Positions 1 to 7,960 of a DNA stretch of 32,280 bases are shown one piece after another. Where the stretch lies: the IMG/VR virus record IMGVR_UViG_3300027971_000002; one strand, written 5' to 3'. The stretch comes from an uncultured virus (IMG/VR IMGVR_UViG_3300027971_000002). Taxonomy: Duplodnaviria > Heunggongvirae > Uroviricota > Caudoviricetes. The notes under the pieces were generated by a model. The model saw only the letters and a program-made list of their open reading frames with translations, had not been told where the DNA came from and ran no database searches. The translations under genes and the position numbers were made by a program. The first letter of the stretch is position 1; each line of letters starts with the position of its first letter.

Positions 1-128
1 AAAAACTCTATTTCGTCTTGGGTCATGAAGTTTTCTAGCTCAACAATCATGTCTTTGCTATCCCCAAACCAACCTGATGGGGTTATAGATGGCGTTCTTT
101 GAACTACCTTGTATGAGCTTTTATCCAT
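1..128 (-). CDS. Partial CDS running off the window edge; probable third 2OG-Fe(II) oxygenase (N-terminus only)
   Basis: Not in the ORF track. Manual translation from ATG at 128 gives MDKSSYKVVQRTPSITPSGWFGDSKDMIVELENFMTQDEIEF... The segment 'IVELENFMTQDEIEF' resembles the start of P4H-type domains, and the ATG lies just after the upstream stop. Confidence 0.6.
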   Translation of the reverse strand, partial: MDKSSYKVVQRTPSITPSGWFGDSKDMIVELENFMTQDEIEF

Positions 129-130
129 TT

Positions 131-847
131 TTATATTGTATCTCTCTTTGTTGTATCTACTACCCCTAATTTTAATGTTTTTACCTCATGAGAACCTAAG
201 CTCTCTTCTTTTTCATTAACAGCGTCTCTGTACCAGTCTGTCCATTCTCCAACAGTATTTAGTTTTTGTGCGGCAACTCCATAGGACGTATTCGCATCTA
301 ATCTCGTTCTATTTGGGTCTTGGTATTCAACAATTTTAATAGTTGTCCCATTTAAGTGCGACAACGATATAGGAATAACGGTGGCAACTGGGGTTCCTGC
401 TTTAATTATAACTCGTTTATTTGCAATCTTTGCTTTAATAGCTAAAGGCAAGGGGTGGTCATAAAAAGAAGTACTAATCACAGACGACATAGTCTCAAAC
501 TCATTACTAAAGTAATTTACTGGGTTAATGATGAGTGTACTAACCGTTTTATCTGTTCTAAAAATTAAACCAGTTTCTAAACTTATAGAAGACTGACCTC
601 TACCAGAGTAAGCGCCTTCTGGACTAAATATTTGAACATGGTTTGGAGTTTGGTCGTTTACACCATCCCAAATGAACTCAATATCCTTTGAACAAGACAT
701 GCTCCAGCCAATTACATTTGACTGTGTTACTGGAAAGCACCTGTAAGCATGGTTTTCTGACGTCGCATCCATCCAGTCTCTTTTAATTGACATAGGCTGA
801 ATGTCAAACAAAGACCCTTGTGTTTTTTCAACTGAGATGTTAAACAT
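131..847 (-). CDS. DUF6065-like protein
   Basis: 238 aa with RDWMD...HAYRCFP...N..GW and a C-terminal GTPVATVIP motif; overlaps the upstream stop by 1 nt. Confidence 0.65.
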   Translation of the reverse strand: MFNISVEKTQGSLFDIQPMSIKRDWMDATSENHAYRCFPVTQSNVIGWSMSCSKDIEFIWDGVNDQTPNHVQIFSPEGAYSGRGQSSISLETGLIFRTDKTVSTLIINPVNYFSNEFETMSSVISTSFYDHPLPLAIKAKIANKRVIIKAGTPVATVIPISLSHLNGTTIKIVEYQDPNRTRLDANTSYGVAAQKLNTVGEWTDWYRDAVNEKEESLGSHEVKTLKLGVVDTTKRDTI

Positions 848-1503
848 TAATCTGCATCTGCGCTATACATCTCTGGAGTGTGAAACTTTTTGCTGTAATC
901 AAGCATGGTCACAATAGAGTATTTAGTCCCAGAGGTTACTGGCATTGCTTGGTGGGGATACATAAAGTTTGATGGAAAGATGAACAGGTCTCCAGCTTCT
1001 GCTTTAACTTTTAAGTTTTGTAATCTAAAGTAAAGCTCTCCACCTTCGTAGTCATCATTTGGGTATGCAACTAAAGAGAGGGTACAGTTATAAGAAAACC
1101 CATGGTCGTGATGCTCCATAAAGTGTTGGCCTGGGCCGTACTTAATAAAGTTAAAGGCTTCCCAGTACTTTAGGTTGTTAATGTTATACATCTTTGAGTA
1201 GTCTTGAACCGCAGGCAGTTTAACGTCGTATAGGTCTTGCCACAAAGCTTGAAGGTTTAAACTAACCTGACTTTTGTCGTTTTCTATATCCGTCTTCTTA
1301 AACTTAAAGTCGTTGCAATCTCTATACTCTGGCATAAGCTGCTTATACCCGACATATGCGGGTTGCCAGGCGTACCCAGTGGTATCCCCTTCTGGCTTAA
1401 GGTTAGCCTCAATTCGGCCTATAACATCAATATCCTTATTGATTACGCCCTTATAGCAAAAAATGCCATTGCCTAAATCAACTTTTTCTGTCCATGTTTG
1501 CAT
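847..1503 (-). CDS. 2OG-Fe(II) oxygenase, prolyl 4-hydroxylase-like
   Basis: KYGPGQHFMEHHDH (HxD), YPNDDYEGGEL, GDLFIFPS, and YPHQAMPVTSGTKY (distal His and 2OG-binding Lys). Confidence 0.9.
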   Translation of the reverse strand: MQTWTEKVDLGNGIFCYKGVINKDIDVIGRIEANLKPEGDTTGYAWQPAYVGYKQLMPEYRDCNDFKFKKTDIENDKSQVSLNLQALWQDLYDVKLPAVQDYSKMYNINNLKYWEAFNFIKYGPGQHFMEHHDHGFSYNCTLSLVAYPNDDYEGGELYFRLQNLKVKAEAGDLFIFPSNFMYPHQAMPVTSGTKYSIVTMLDYSKKFHTPEMYSADAD

Positions 1504-1512
1504 TTGTAGTCC

Positions 1513-2280
1513 TTATCTGTATTCCCGCATTGACCAAACACTATTTTTGTATACCCCGCCGTCAGGTTGGCGGTAAAACCTCATGTTAGTAACCATTTTA
1601 TCATATATCGTAGACTGGTCTAAAATCTCTATTTTGTGTTCCCAATCTTCTCTTTTAAAAGGAAGAACCTGAATATATGGGGTTCCTGCTGGTAATGTGC
1701 CTTCCCAGCCTTCTGTAATAAAGAAGGGAAAGCTACCAAGTAAATGAACTTTGTCAGAGTCCACAACCCCAGTAGTGTTTAAAAATGGTAAGTCAAATCT
1801 ATTCATTGGGGTCATAAACAGTGCGCTGTATCCTTCTGGAAGCTCTAACCCCCAAGGAGAACTCCAAGCAAAATGGCTTTGGTAATAACCCTTTGGGTGT
1901 TCAAACTGCGGCATTGGGGGGCGTTGAGTACAAAAATCTTTGTACTTAGGGTCATCAATTTTTACATTTATGACGCCTTGACTATTTTTATAAAAGATTA
2001 AATCGCAGGGTGTTTTAAAAAGATACCCAGTTGTAAAGGCGTCCAGAATAGCGGGGCAAGCTTTCCACGTAGGAATCTTTCCATAGTCGTCGGTCGTACC
2101 CTTTTTAGGAAAAGGACAAACTTCTTTGGGCGCTTTGTAGTATTCCCCGTCTGGGTCCTTATAGAACCTATCCGCACTTTTATACCAATTTGGAATTTCG
2201 GTTTGTGTTGGGACGGGCTTAGAAACATCTTCTTTTTTTATCCAAGGCCTAAAAGGTCTAAATATGGCAACCAAAGACAT
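1513..2280 (-). CDS. Conserved phage protein, DUF6065-related with possible dUTPase-like fold
   Basis: TWKACPAILDAFTTGY, TGVVDSD, FPFF and GTPYIQVLPFKRE; same motif layout as 131-847. Confidence 0.55.
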   Translation of the reverse strand: MSLVAIFRPFRPWIKKEDVSKPVPTQTEIPNWYKSADRFYKDPDGEYYKAPKEVCPFPKKGTTDDYGKIPTWKACPAILDAFTTGYLFKTPCDLIFYKNSQGVINVKIDDPKYKDFCTQRPPMPQFEHPKGYYQSHFAWSSPWGLELPEGYSALFMTPMNRFDLPFLNTTGVVDSDKVHLLGSFPFFITEGWEGTLPAGTPYIQVLPFKREDWEHKIEILDQSTIYDKMVTNMRFYRQPDGGVYKNSVWSMREYR

Positions 2281-2987
2281 TACTTGTGCCCTAACTCATT
2301 AATGTCTGTCATAACAACAACGCAATATTTTGTTCCTGACACCATGGGCAGAGAGGCGTGTTCGTAAATGTAGTTTGAGGGAAATACTGCAATGTCTCCT
2401 ACTTTTGGTTTATAGATTAAATTATCAAGTCTTGGAAACTTTATATCTCCACCCTCATAATCATCATTAATATATATAACGGCAGATACTGTGCAATTAT
2501 AAGCAGGGCCGTGGTCTGCGTGAATATTAAAGTGGGTCCCACTTCCCTCATACTTTACAAAGTTAAAAGCTTCATAATAAACTACGTTAATGCCCCAGTA
2601 TTTAGCATAATCATCTATGCAGTATTTAAGCTTTTGATAAATTTCTTCATGCAAGTCTATCAGTTCTGCATTTGATTCGTCTCTGAGCCCAAGCTGTTCT
2701 TTTTTATATTTAAAGTCTACACAGTCTCTTGCTTTTTTAATTGGGGTATTAGAGTTTGTAACTCTAGCCTCTGACCATTTATATTTGCCATCTGTTGATA
2801 GGTTAGACTCAAGGGTGTCAATGTATCTTGCAGCATCTTCACTAGAAAAAGTATTTTGGTAAACGTTTAGGCCCAAACCTAAGTTTTTAACACTTACCTT
2901 ATTGTCTAACGCCCTTTCAGGGGTCCTATTTGATGCGGTCTCTGACCTATCCTTTGTAAACCAAATATTTTCGTTTTCGTTATGCAT
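2280..2987 (-). CDS. 2OG-Fe(II) oxygenase, prolyl 4-hydroxylase-like
   Basis: HFNIHADH (HxD), YINDDYEGGDIKF, GDIAVFPSNY, YEHASLPMVSGTKY; a clear paralog of 847-1503. Confidence 0.9.
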   Translation of the reverse strand: MHNENENIWFTKDRSETASNRTPERALDNKVSVKNLGLGLNVYQNTFSSEDAARYIDTLESNLSTDGKYKWSEARVTNSNTPIKKARDCVDFKYKKEQLGLRDESNAELIDLHEEIYQKLKYCIDDYAKYWGINVVYYEAFNFVKYEGSGTHFNIHADHGPAYNCTVSAVIYINDDYEGGDIKFPRLDNLIYKPKVGDIAVFPSNYIYEHASLPMVSGTKYCVVVMTDINELGHK

Positions 2988-3240
2988 TTTTTTCTTCTTC
3001 TTCCCATTTACCTAGGGGGCATGATGCTAGTTCTAGTTTTGCTTTGAATTTCATAACACACCCACATTTTTTGCATTGAGTAGTCAAAGACAAAAACTCA
3101 GGACAGCCTCTACAGATATTTAATCTGTTGGAATACGCTTCTTCATCTACATATTGAGTACTTGGGTTTAGCAAATCCCAAGGTCTAGTATCTCCTAAAT
3201 TTTGTTTATACTTTTGCCAAGGAGTTAAACCTTCTTCCAC
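2980..3240 (-). CDS. Small Cys-rich metal-binding protein (DUF6171-like)
   Basis: RLNICRGC...QCKKCGC.MKFK.KL...SCPLGKW; GTG start preceded by AGAGGG. Confidence 0.7.
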   Translation of the reverse strand: MEEGLTPWQKYKQNLGDTRPWDLLNPSTQYVDEEAYSNRLNICRGCPEFLSLTTQCKKCGCVMKFKAKLELASCPLGKWEEEEKNA

Positions 3241-3259
3241 GGTGCCCTCTCTATAATTA

Positions 3260-3652
3260 TTAAAGTTCGGCTACCTCATAGGTGATGGTCGGGTTACTTG
3301 AAAGGGCGGCAATCCTCATATCGTTGTCCCCGAATCCTACGCAATAGCCGTTCATCCCATAATAGACATTATCTTTAAGAAAAGCAAAAGACACACACCC
3401 GTTTGTGCAAACCACTCCACAAGCCAGTCTGTGTTCTTCGCCTTCAGGAGCAATGAACTCTGACCCATTCCAAACACTAAGTTTGGCAGGGATATAGTTC
3501 AAATGCGTTATATCTAGTATCTCTGGATTATTAGATAGAGCATAATCTTTGTCTATTTTAGAGTCTAACGGAAGCCCAGAATCATCTAACTCTATTGAGT
3601 AGAAAATAATTTTATCTCCGTCTAAATTCAGGTAAAAGTTTTTTACTTTCAT
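3260..3652 (-). CDS. Hypothetical protein with an internal duplication
   Basis: 130 aa, AAGGAG RBS, two similar motifs (YALSNNPEI and AALSSNPTI) and a CGVVCTNGC segment. Confidence 0.7.
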   Translation of the reverse strand: MKVKNFYLNLDGDKIIFYSIELDDSGLPLDSKIDKDYALSNNPEILDITHLNYIPAKLSVWNGSEFIAPEGEEHRLACGVVCTNGCVSFAFLKDNVYYGMNGYCVGFGDNDMRIAALSSNPTITYEVAEL

Positions 3653-3660
3653 ATCGCTCC

Positions 3661-4503
3661 TTAGTCGTCACAACCGCAAACATTACCGCAGTTATCGACG
3701 ATAATGCATGACCCGCCGCCACATGTCCTACTGCAATCTGTAATGCCACAATATCCGCTTGGTACGCAGGCAAAGTATGGAAAAAACGGCGGGAAGAATG
3801 GGAAATACGGTGGAAAAAACGGCGGGAAGAATGGGAAGAATGGGAAGAACGGTGGAAAGAACGGCGGAAAGAACGGAAAGAACGGTGGAAAAAACGGCGG
3901 GAAGAACGGTGATAGGGTAGTGATTGACCCAGACGCAGGAGAGGCGGTGCTTGTTCCGTTAGCATTAGTTGCTGTAACTGTGTATGTCTGAGAAGTGCCA
4001 CCCGTATCACTAATAACAATAGGAGATGAAGCCCCTGTTCCAGTAGTGGCATCACTGCCTGTTACGGTAAAGCCAGTAATAGCGCTACCACCAGTTGCTG
4101 GGGCTGTAAAAGCAATTGAGTTTTGATTAACTCCAGCGGTAGGGGTAGGGGCAGACATTGTTGCAGGGACTGTTGTTGCGGTAATAGAATTTGATGCTGC
4201 AGATGCTTGAGAAGTTCCAGCAGCGTTAGTTGCTGTTACGGTAAATGTGTAAGCCGTATTAGATTGCAAACCTGTGACTGTAACTGGGGAGGATGACCCA
4301 GTTCCAGTATACCCGCCAGGAGATGAAGTTACAGTAAACGATGTAGCAGCAGGGGATAGCGCAGGCAAAGAAAATGTAACTGTAGCTGCGCCATTGTTAA
4401 ATGCTCTGCCTGTTCCAACATTTGTAGCAGTCCCGATTGTTGGCGCCGATGGCTCTAGAAAGTCGTTTGAAGCCTGTGACTTCTTTCCAAATCTTTTACC
4501 CAT
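3661..4503 (-). CDS. Fibronectin type III domain protein with Pro/Phe repeat and Cys-rich tail; probable virion fibre tip
   Basis: Two FN3-like repeats (VTGLQSNTAYTFTVTATNAAGTS; TYTVTATNANGTS), then a 46-aa PFF/PPFF tract, then an 8-Cys C-terminus. Confidence 0.85.
   Translation of the reverse strand: MGKRFGKKSQASNDFLEPSAPTIGTATNVGTGRAFNNGAATVTFSLPALSPAATSFTVTSSPGGYTGTGSSSPVTVTGLQSNTAYTFTVTATNAAGTSQASAASNSITATTVPATMSAPTPTAGVNQNSIAFTAPATGGSAITGFTVTGSDATTGTGASSPIVISDTGGTSQTYTVTATNANGTSTASPASGSITTLSPFFPPFFPPFFPFFPPFFPPFFPFFPFFPPFFPPYFPFFPPFFPYFACVPSGYCGITDCSRTCGGGSCIIVDNCGNVCGCDD
3772..3909 (-). repeat. Coding tandem repeat of 9-nt and 12-nt units encoding PFF/PPFF/PYF
   Basis: Encodes PFFPPFFPPFFPFFPPFFPPFFPFFPFFPPFFPPYFPFFPPFFPYF, with synonymous codon variation between units. 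Confidence 0.95.
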
Positions 4504-4507
4504 TTTC

Positions 4508-7354
4508 TTAAGCCGTCAAGTCGCCGTAGACAACCCAAGTATTTGTTGCTCTCTTAAAGAGAGTTGCAGATGACCATTGAGTTCTTAGCTTTAATCCTGG
4601 TGTTGAGTTAACTGTAACTCCAGCATCTCCTGCAATTGTTACTTGTCCTGTAGAAGTTTGAAGAATATCTATAGATGTTCCAACTGGATAAGCCACTGCT
4701 GAGTTTAATGGAATAGTAATTGTTGTAGCACTTGAACTGGCAACTTCAATTAGAGAGTCTCTTTCTGTAAGTGCTGAAAGTGCATAGGAGGCTGTCTTTT
4801 GGATAATTGGTGTACGTGAGGGTACGCCTTCTTTTGTCTGTGTACCATCAGTAAACGCTAAACCAGCAGAAGATGCTGTTATTAATCCAGAACCAGATAC
4901 TGTAAGTGCTGCTACAGTGTTTGTACCAGTAAAAGTTGGTGATGCAAGTGGTGCAAATCCTGAAATACTTGCACCCGCAGGAATTGTTACTGTACCAGTA
5001 AATGTTGGTGACGCAAGGTCTGCTTTAAGTCCAAGGCTTGTTGATAACCCTGATATCTTAGACTGAGCAATAGCGGCTGACGCATTAATATCTCCGTCAA
5101 CAATAGTTCCATCTAAAATCATTGCAGATGTAACTGTACCTGTATCTGCCGCAGTAATTGCAGTACCAGAAATCTTTGTTTTAGCGATTGCTGCGGAGGC
5201 ATTAATATCTCCGTCAACAATAGTTCCATCTAAAATCATTGTTGAAGTAACTCCGCCAGTTGCAATATCAAGTGTTCCTGGCGTAGATTCTGTTAGACCA
5301 GAGCCAGCTGTAATTGCTTTAGCAGCATTAAATGCTACATATGTTACGTTTGTTGTCCCAATTGTAATTGCTGATGTATTAGAACAAACATACCCGTAGC
5401 CTGAGCCTACAGTACCTTCAAGTACAAGTGTAAAGTCTCCACCCTTTAGTTCTCCATCGGGAGTATTGTCTGCATCTGTTGCGCGTGACCATGCACTTGC
5501 TGATGCTACATAGATACCGTTTTGAGTTCCTGTTGTTTGGTCTTTAACAAGAACACGGTCTCCAGCAACAACTGATACACCATCAATTGTTTGCGCTCCG
5601 CTTAGCGTAATATTTGCTGTTGTAGCAACTCGTACTGGTTGATGAAAGTTAAGTCCAGAAACAACATTGTCAACATATGCCTTTGTTGCTGCATGGAGGT
5701 CTACTGTTGGTGCGCCTGAAAGAGTAAGTGCTCCTGTCATCGTTCCGCCAGCAAGTGCTAACTTAGCATCAAGTGCTGTTTGTGTAGCTGTAGAAACTGG
5801 TTTTGCCGAATCTGCAGTATTGTCTACGTTGTCAAGGCCGACCATTGTTTTTGTAATACCTGAAACGGTACCTGTAAATGTAGGCGCGTTTAGGTTAGCT
5901 TTTAGGTCAAGAGCTGTCTGCTGTGCTGTAGACACGGGCTTGTTGGCGTCTGACGTGTTGTCAACATTAGCAAGACCAACATGAGTTTTTGTTACACCAG
6001 AAACTGTTCCAGTAAATGTAGGGTTAGCAATTGGCGCCTTTAGGTCAAGGGCGGTCTGTTGAGCCGTTGAGACTGGTTTATTAGCATCGGTTGTGTTATC
6101 AACATTTGCAAGCCCTACGTGAGACTTAGTTACGCCTGAGACTGTTCCTGTGAAAGTTGGGTTAGCCAAGGGTGCATATGTAGAAGATGCTGTTGCAGAG
6201 GCAAGTTTTAAATCAAGTGCTGTTTGTGTTGCTGTAGAGATGGGCTTGTTTGCATCTGTAGTGTTATCTACATTCCCTAGTCCAACATCTGATTTAGTTA
6301 ATCCAGATGGAGAGGTAATTGTTTTATTAGTAAGAGTTTGAGTTCCATTTGTTGTTACAAGTATAGATGTGTCTGTAATTCCGTGCACAGCGGTTGTGTC
6401 TGAAGAATGAGTAGAAACTGCGGTATCAGCATACGTCTTTGTAGCAAGTGCTGCAGTATCTGCAATTCCGTGTACGGAGGTTGTGACTGAGCTATGTGTT
6501 CCTATTGCGTTGGTTGCATAGTCTTGTGTAGCAAGTGTTCCTGTTACATCTGGAAGAGTTAGGACTCTATCTGCTGTAGGGTCCTCTACTGCTAGTGTAG
6601 TTTCAAAAGCATTTGCTGTAGCGCCTTCAAATACAAGGTTGACACCCGTATCAAGAGACACTGTTCCAGTAAATGTTGGTGATGCAAGATTTGCTTTAAG
6701 GTCAAGAGCTGTTTGTGAAGCTTTAGTTGCAAGTGCATTTGTAACAGTTACTGAGAATGACGCATCATTTCCAAGGGCTGTTGCCAACTCATTGAGGGTA
6801 TCAAGTGCACCTGGCGCAGACGCTACAAGGTTTGAAACCGCTGTTCCTACAAATGCTGTAGTTGCAATTTGTGTAGTAGCTGTACCTGCTGCTGCTGTAG
6901 GAGCTGTTGGAGTTCCTGTCAAACCTGGTGATGTAAGGGTCTTGTTAGTAAGGGTCTGTGTATTAGTTGTTCCAACTACCGCACCAGTAGCACCGTGTGC
7001 TTCTGTAAGATTTGCGTGTGTAGTAACATCTGAAGTAAGTGCTACTGTTCCTGTTGCGTCTGGAAGAGTAATTGTACGGTCGGCGGTTGGGTCAGTTACC
7101 GAAACCGTAGTTTCAAAAGCATTATCTGTTGCGCCTTCAAATGTAATGCTTGAGCCAAATGATGGATTTACTGTTGAATTAGCATCAATAAAATAGTCAA
7201 GGTTTATCCAGTGATTTGTACCATCACCAATTTTAAACTTGTTTGTATCGGTTTCGTACCCGATTTCGCCCGCGTTTAGGATAGGGCCGTTGCCACTGTT
7301 AGTAGATATCCACTGCGCCGCAGTGCCCCTACGCTGTTGCATTCTTGTTGCCAT
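4508..7354 (-). CDS. Long fibre protein with Mtd N-terminal-like domain
   Basis: N-terminal MQQRRGTAAQW...LNAGEIGYETDTNKFKIGDG, APGALDTLNELATALG, DRVLVKDQT...QNGIY, Thr/Ala-rich repeats and a C-terminal NTWVVYGDL module. Confidence 0.85.
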   Translation of the reverse strand: MATRMQQRRGTAAQWISTNSGNGPILNAGEIGYETDTNKFKIGDGTNHWINLDYFIDANSTVNPSFGSSITFEGATDNAFETTVSVTDPTADRTITLPDATGTVALTSDVTTHANLTEAHGATGAVVGTTNTQTLTNKTLTSPGLTGTPTAPTAAAGTATTQIATTAFVGTAVSNLVASAPGALDTLNELATALGNDASFSVTVTNALATKASQTALDLKANLASPTFTGTVSLDTGVNLVFEGATANAFETTLAVEDPTADRVLTLPDVTGTLATQDYATNAIGTHSSVTTSVHGIADTAALATKTYADTAVSTHSSDTTAVHGITDTSILVTTNGTQTLTNKTITSPSGLTKSDVGLGNVDNTTDANKPISTATQTALDLKLASATASSTYAPLANPTFTGTVSGVTKSHVGLANVDNTTDANKPVSTAQQTALDLKAPIANPTFTGTVSGVTKTHVGLANVDNTSDANKPVSTAQQTALDLKANLNAPTFTGTVSGITKTMVGLDNVDNTADSAKPVSTATQTALDAKLALAGGTMTGALTLSGAPTVDLHAATKAYVDNVVSGLNFHQPVRVATTANITLSGAQTIDGVSVVAGDRVLVKDQTTGTQNGIYVASASAWSRATDADNTPDGELKGGDFTLVLEGTVGSGYGYVCSNTSAITIGTTNVTYVAFNAAKAITAGSGLTESTPGTLDIATGGVTSTMILDGTIVDGDINASAAIAKTKISGTAITAADTGTVTSAMILDGTIVDGDINASAAIAQSKISGLSTSLGLKADLASPTFTGTVTIPAGASISGFAPLASPTFTGTNTVAALTVSGSGLITASSAGLAFTDGTQTKEGVPSRTPIIQKTASYALSALTERDSLIEVASSSATTITIPLNSAVAYPVGTSIDILQTSTGQVTIAGDAGVTVNSTPGLKLRTQWSSATLFKRATNTWVVYGDLTA
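5762..6298 (-). repeat. Four tandem copies of a fibre shaft repeat
   Basis: TKxxVGLxNVDNTxDxxKPxSTAxQTALDxK occurs four times, linked by PTFTGTVSG; boundaries approximate. Confidence 0.85.
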
Positions 7355-7394
7355 AGCTGTGTCCTCCCAGACCTTTTACTATTATATCAGATAA

Positions 7395-7955
7395 TTAATT
7401 AAAATTATCTGTTGGACTCCCGCCGTCGTAACCACTATCCCAGGAATCTGTACCATAAAACCCAGCATCTATTATAGATATATTATCTAAGGGGGTTCCG
7501 CCGTCGTAACTACTAGTCCAGGAACTTGTATCATAAAACCCAGCATCTGCTGTAATTATAAATGTTGAATCATAGAACCCTGCATCTTCAAATACAAAAA
7601 CAATTAGCCCAGTACCATCAACCGCGGTGTCGTGAACATGCTGTCTAAGGTCGTCTGCAAAGTTAGCAAGCGCAATCCAATTAGCAGCTCCTGCAGAATA
7701 AACAGATAGACGCATTGATACTGTGTTAAACCATAGTTGCCCATCTACTGGAGAACCTGGTGCGGATGAGGAGGCAGGGGCAATACCATCCCCAGCACCA
7801 CCCCCAGCACCACCACTTGATGCAGCCCAAGCTGTTCCGTTATAGATGTAGAGGGTTGAGTCAGTCGTATTAAAGTACAGGTCACCTGCACGTTGGCCAA
7901 CAGGCTCGCTGCTTTTAGCCAGTACGTTTAGGGGTACTAATGCCTTTGTACTCAT
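7395..7955 (-). CDS. Virion fibre or adaptor protein
   Basis: GDLYFNTTDSTLYIYNG..W and GQLWFNT modules, plus repeated DAGFY and YDGG.P motifs at the C-terminus. Confidence 0.7.
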   Translation of the reverse strand: MSTKALVPLNVLAKSSEPVGQRAGDLYFNTTDSTLYIYNGTAWAASSGGAGGGAGDGIAPASSSAPGSPVDGQLWFNTVSMRLSVYSAGAANWIALANFADDLRQHVHDTAVDGTGLIVFVFEDAGFYDSTFIITADAGFYDTSSWTSSYDGGTPLDNISIIDAGFYGTDSWDSGYDGGSPTDNFN

Positions 7956-7960
7956 TTATA

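Noticed and set aside
3772..3909. Possible CRISPR array
   Set aside because: Units are contiguous 9-12 nt in-frame coding repeats with no unique spacers and no cas genes.
3704..3991. Plus-strand ORF with GKNG repeats, and the alternative-frame minus ORF 3612-4055
   Set aside because: Both are shadows of the PFF repeat. The FN3 frame has recognisable domains and fits the operon, and variation is synonymous in that frame.
4508..7354. Diversity-generating retroelement suggested by the Mtd-N-like domain
   Set aside because: No reverse transcriptase in the window and no template/variable repeat pair differing only at adenines was seen; this N-terminal domain is common in non-DGR fibres.
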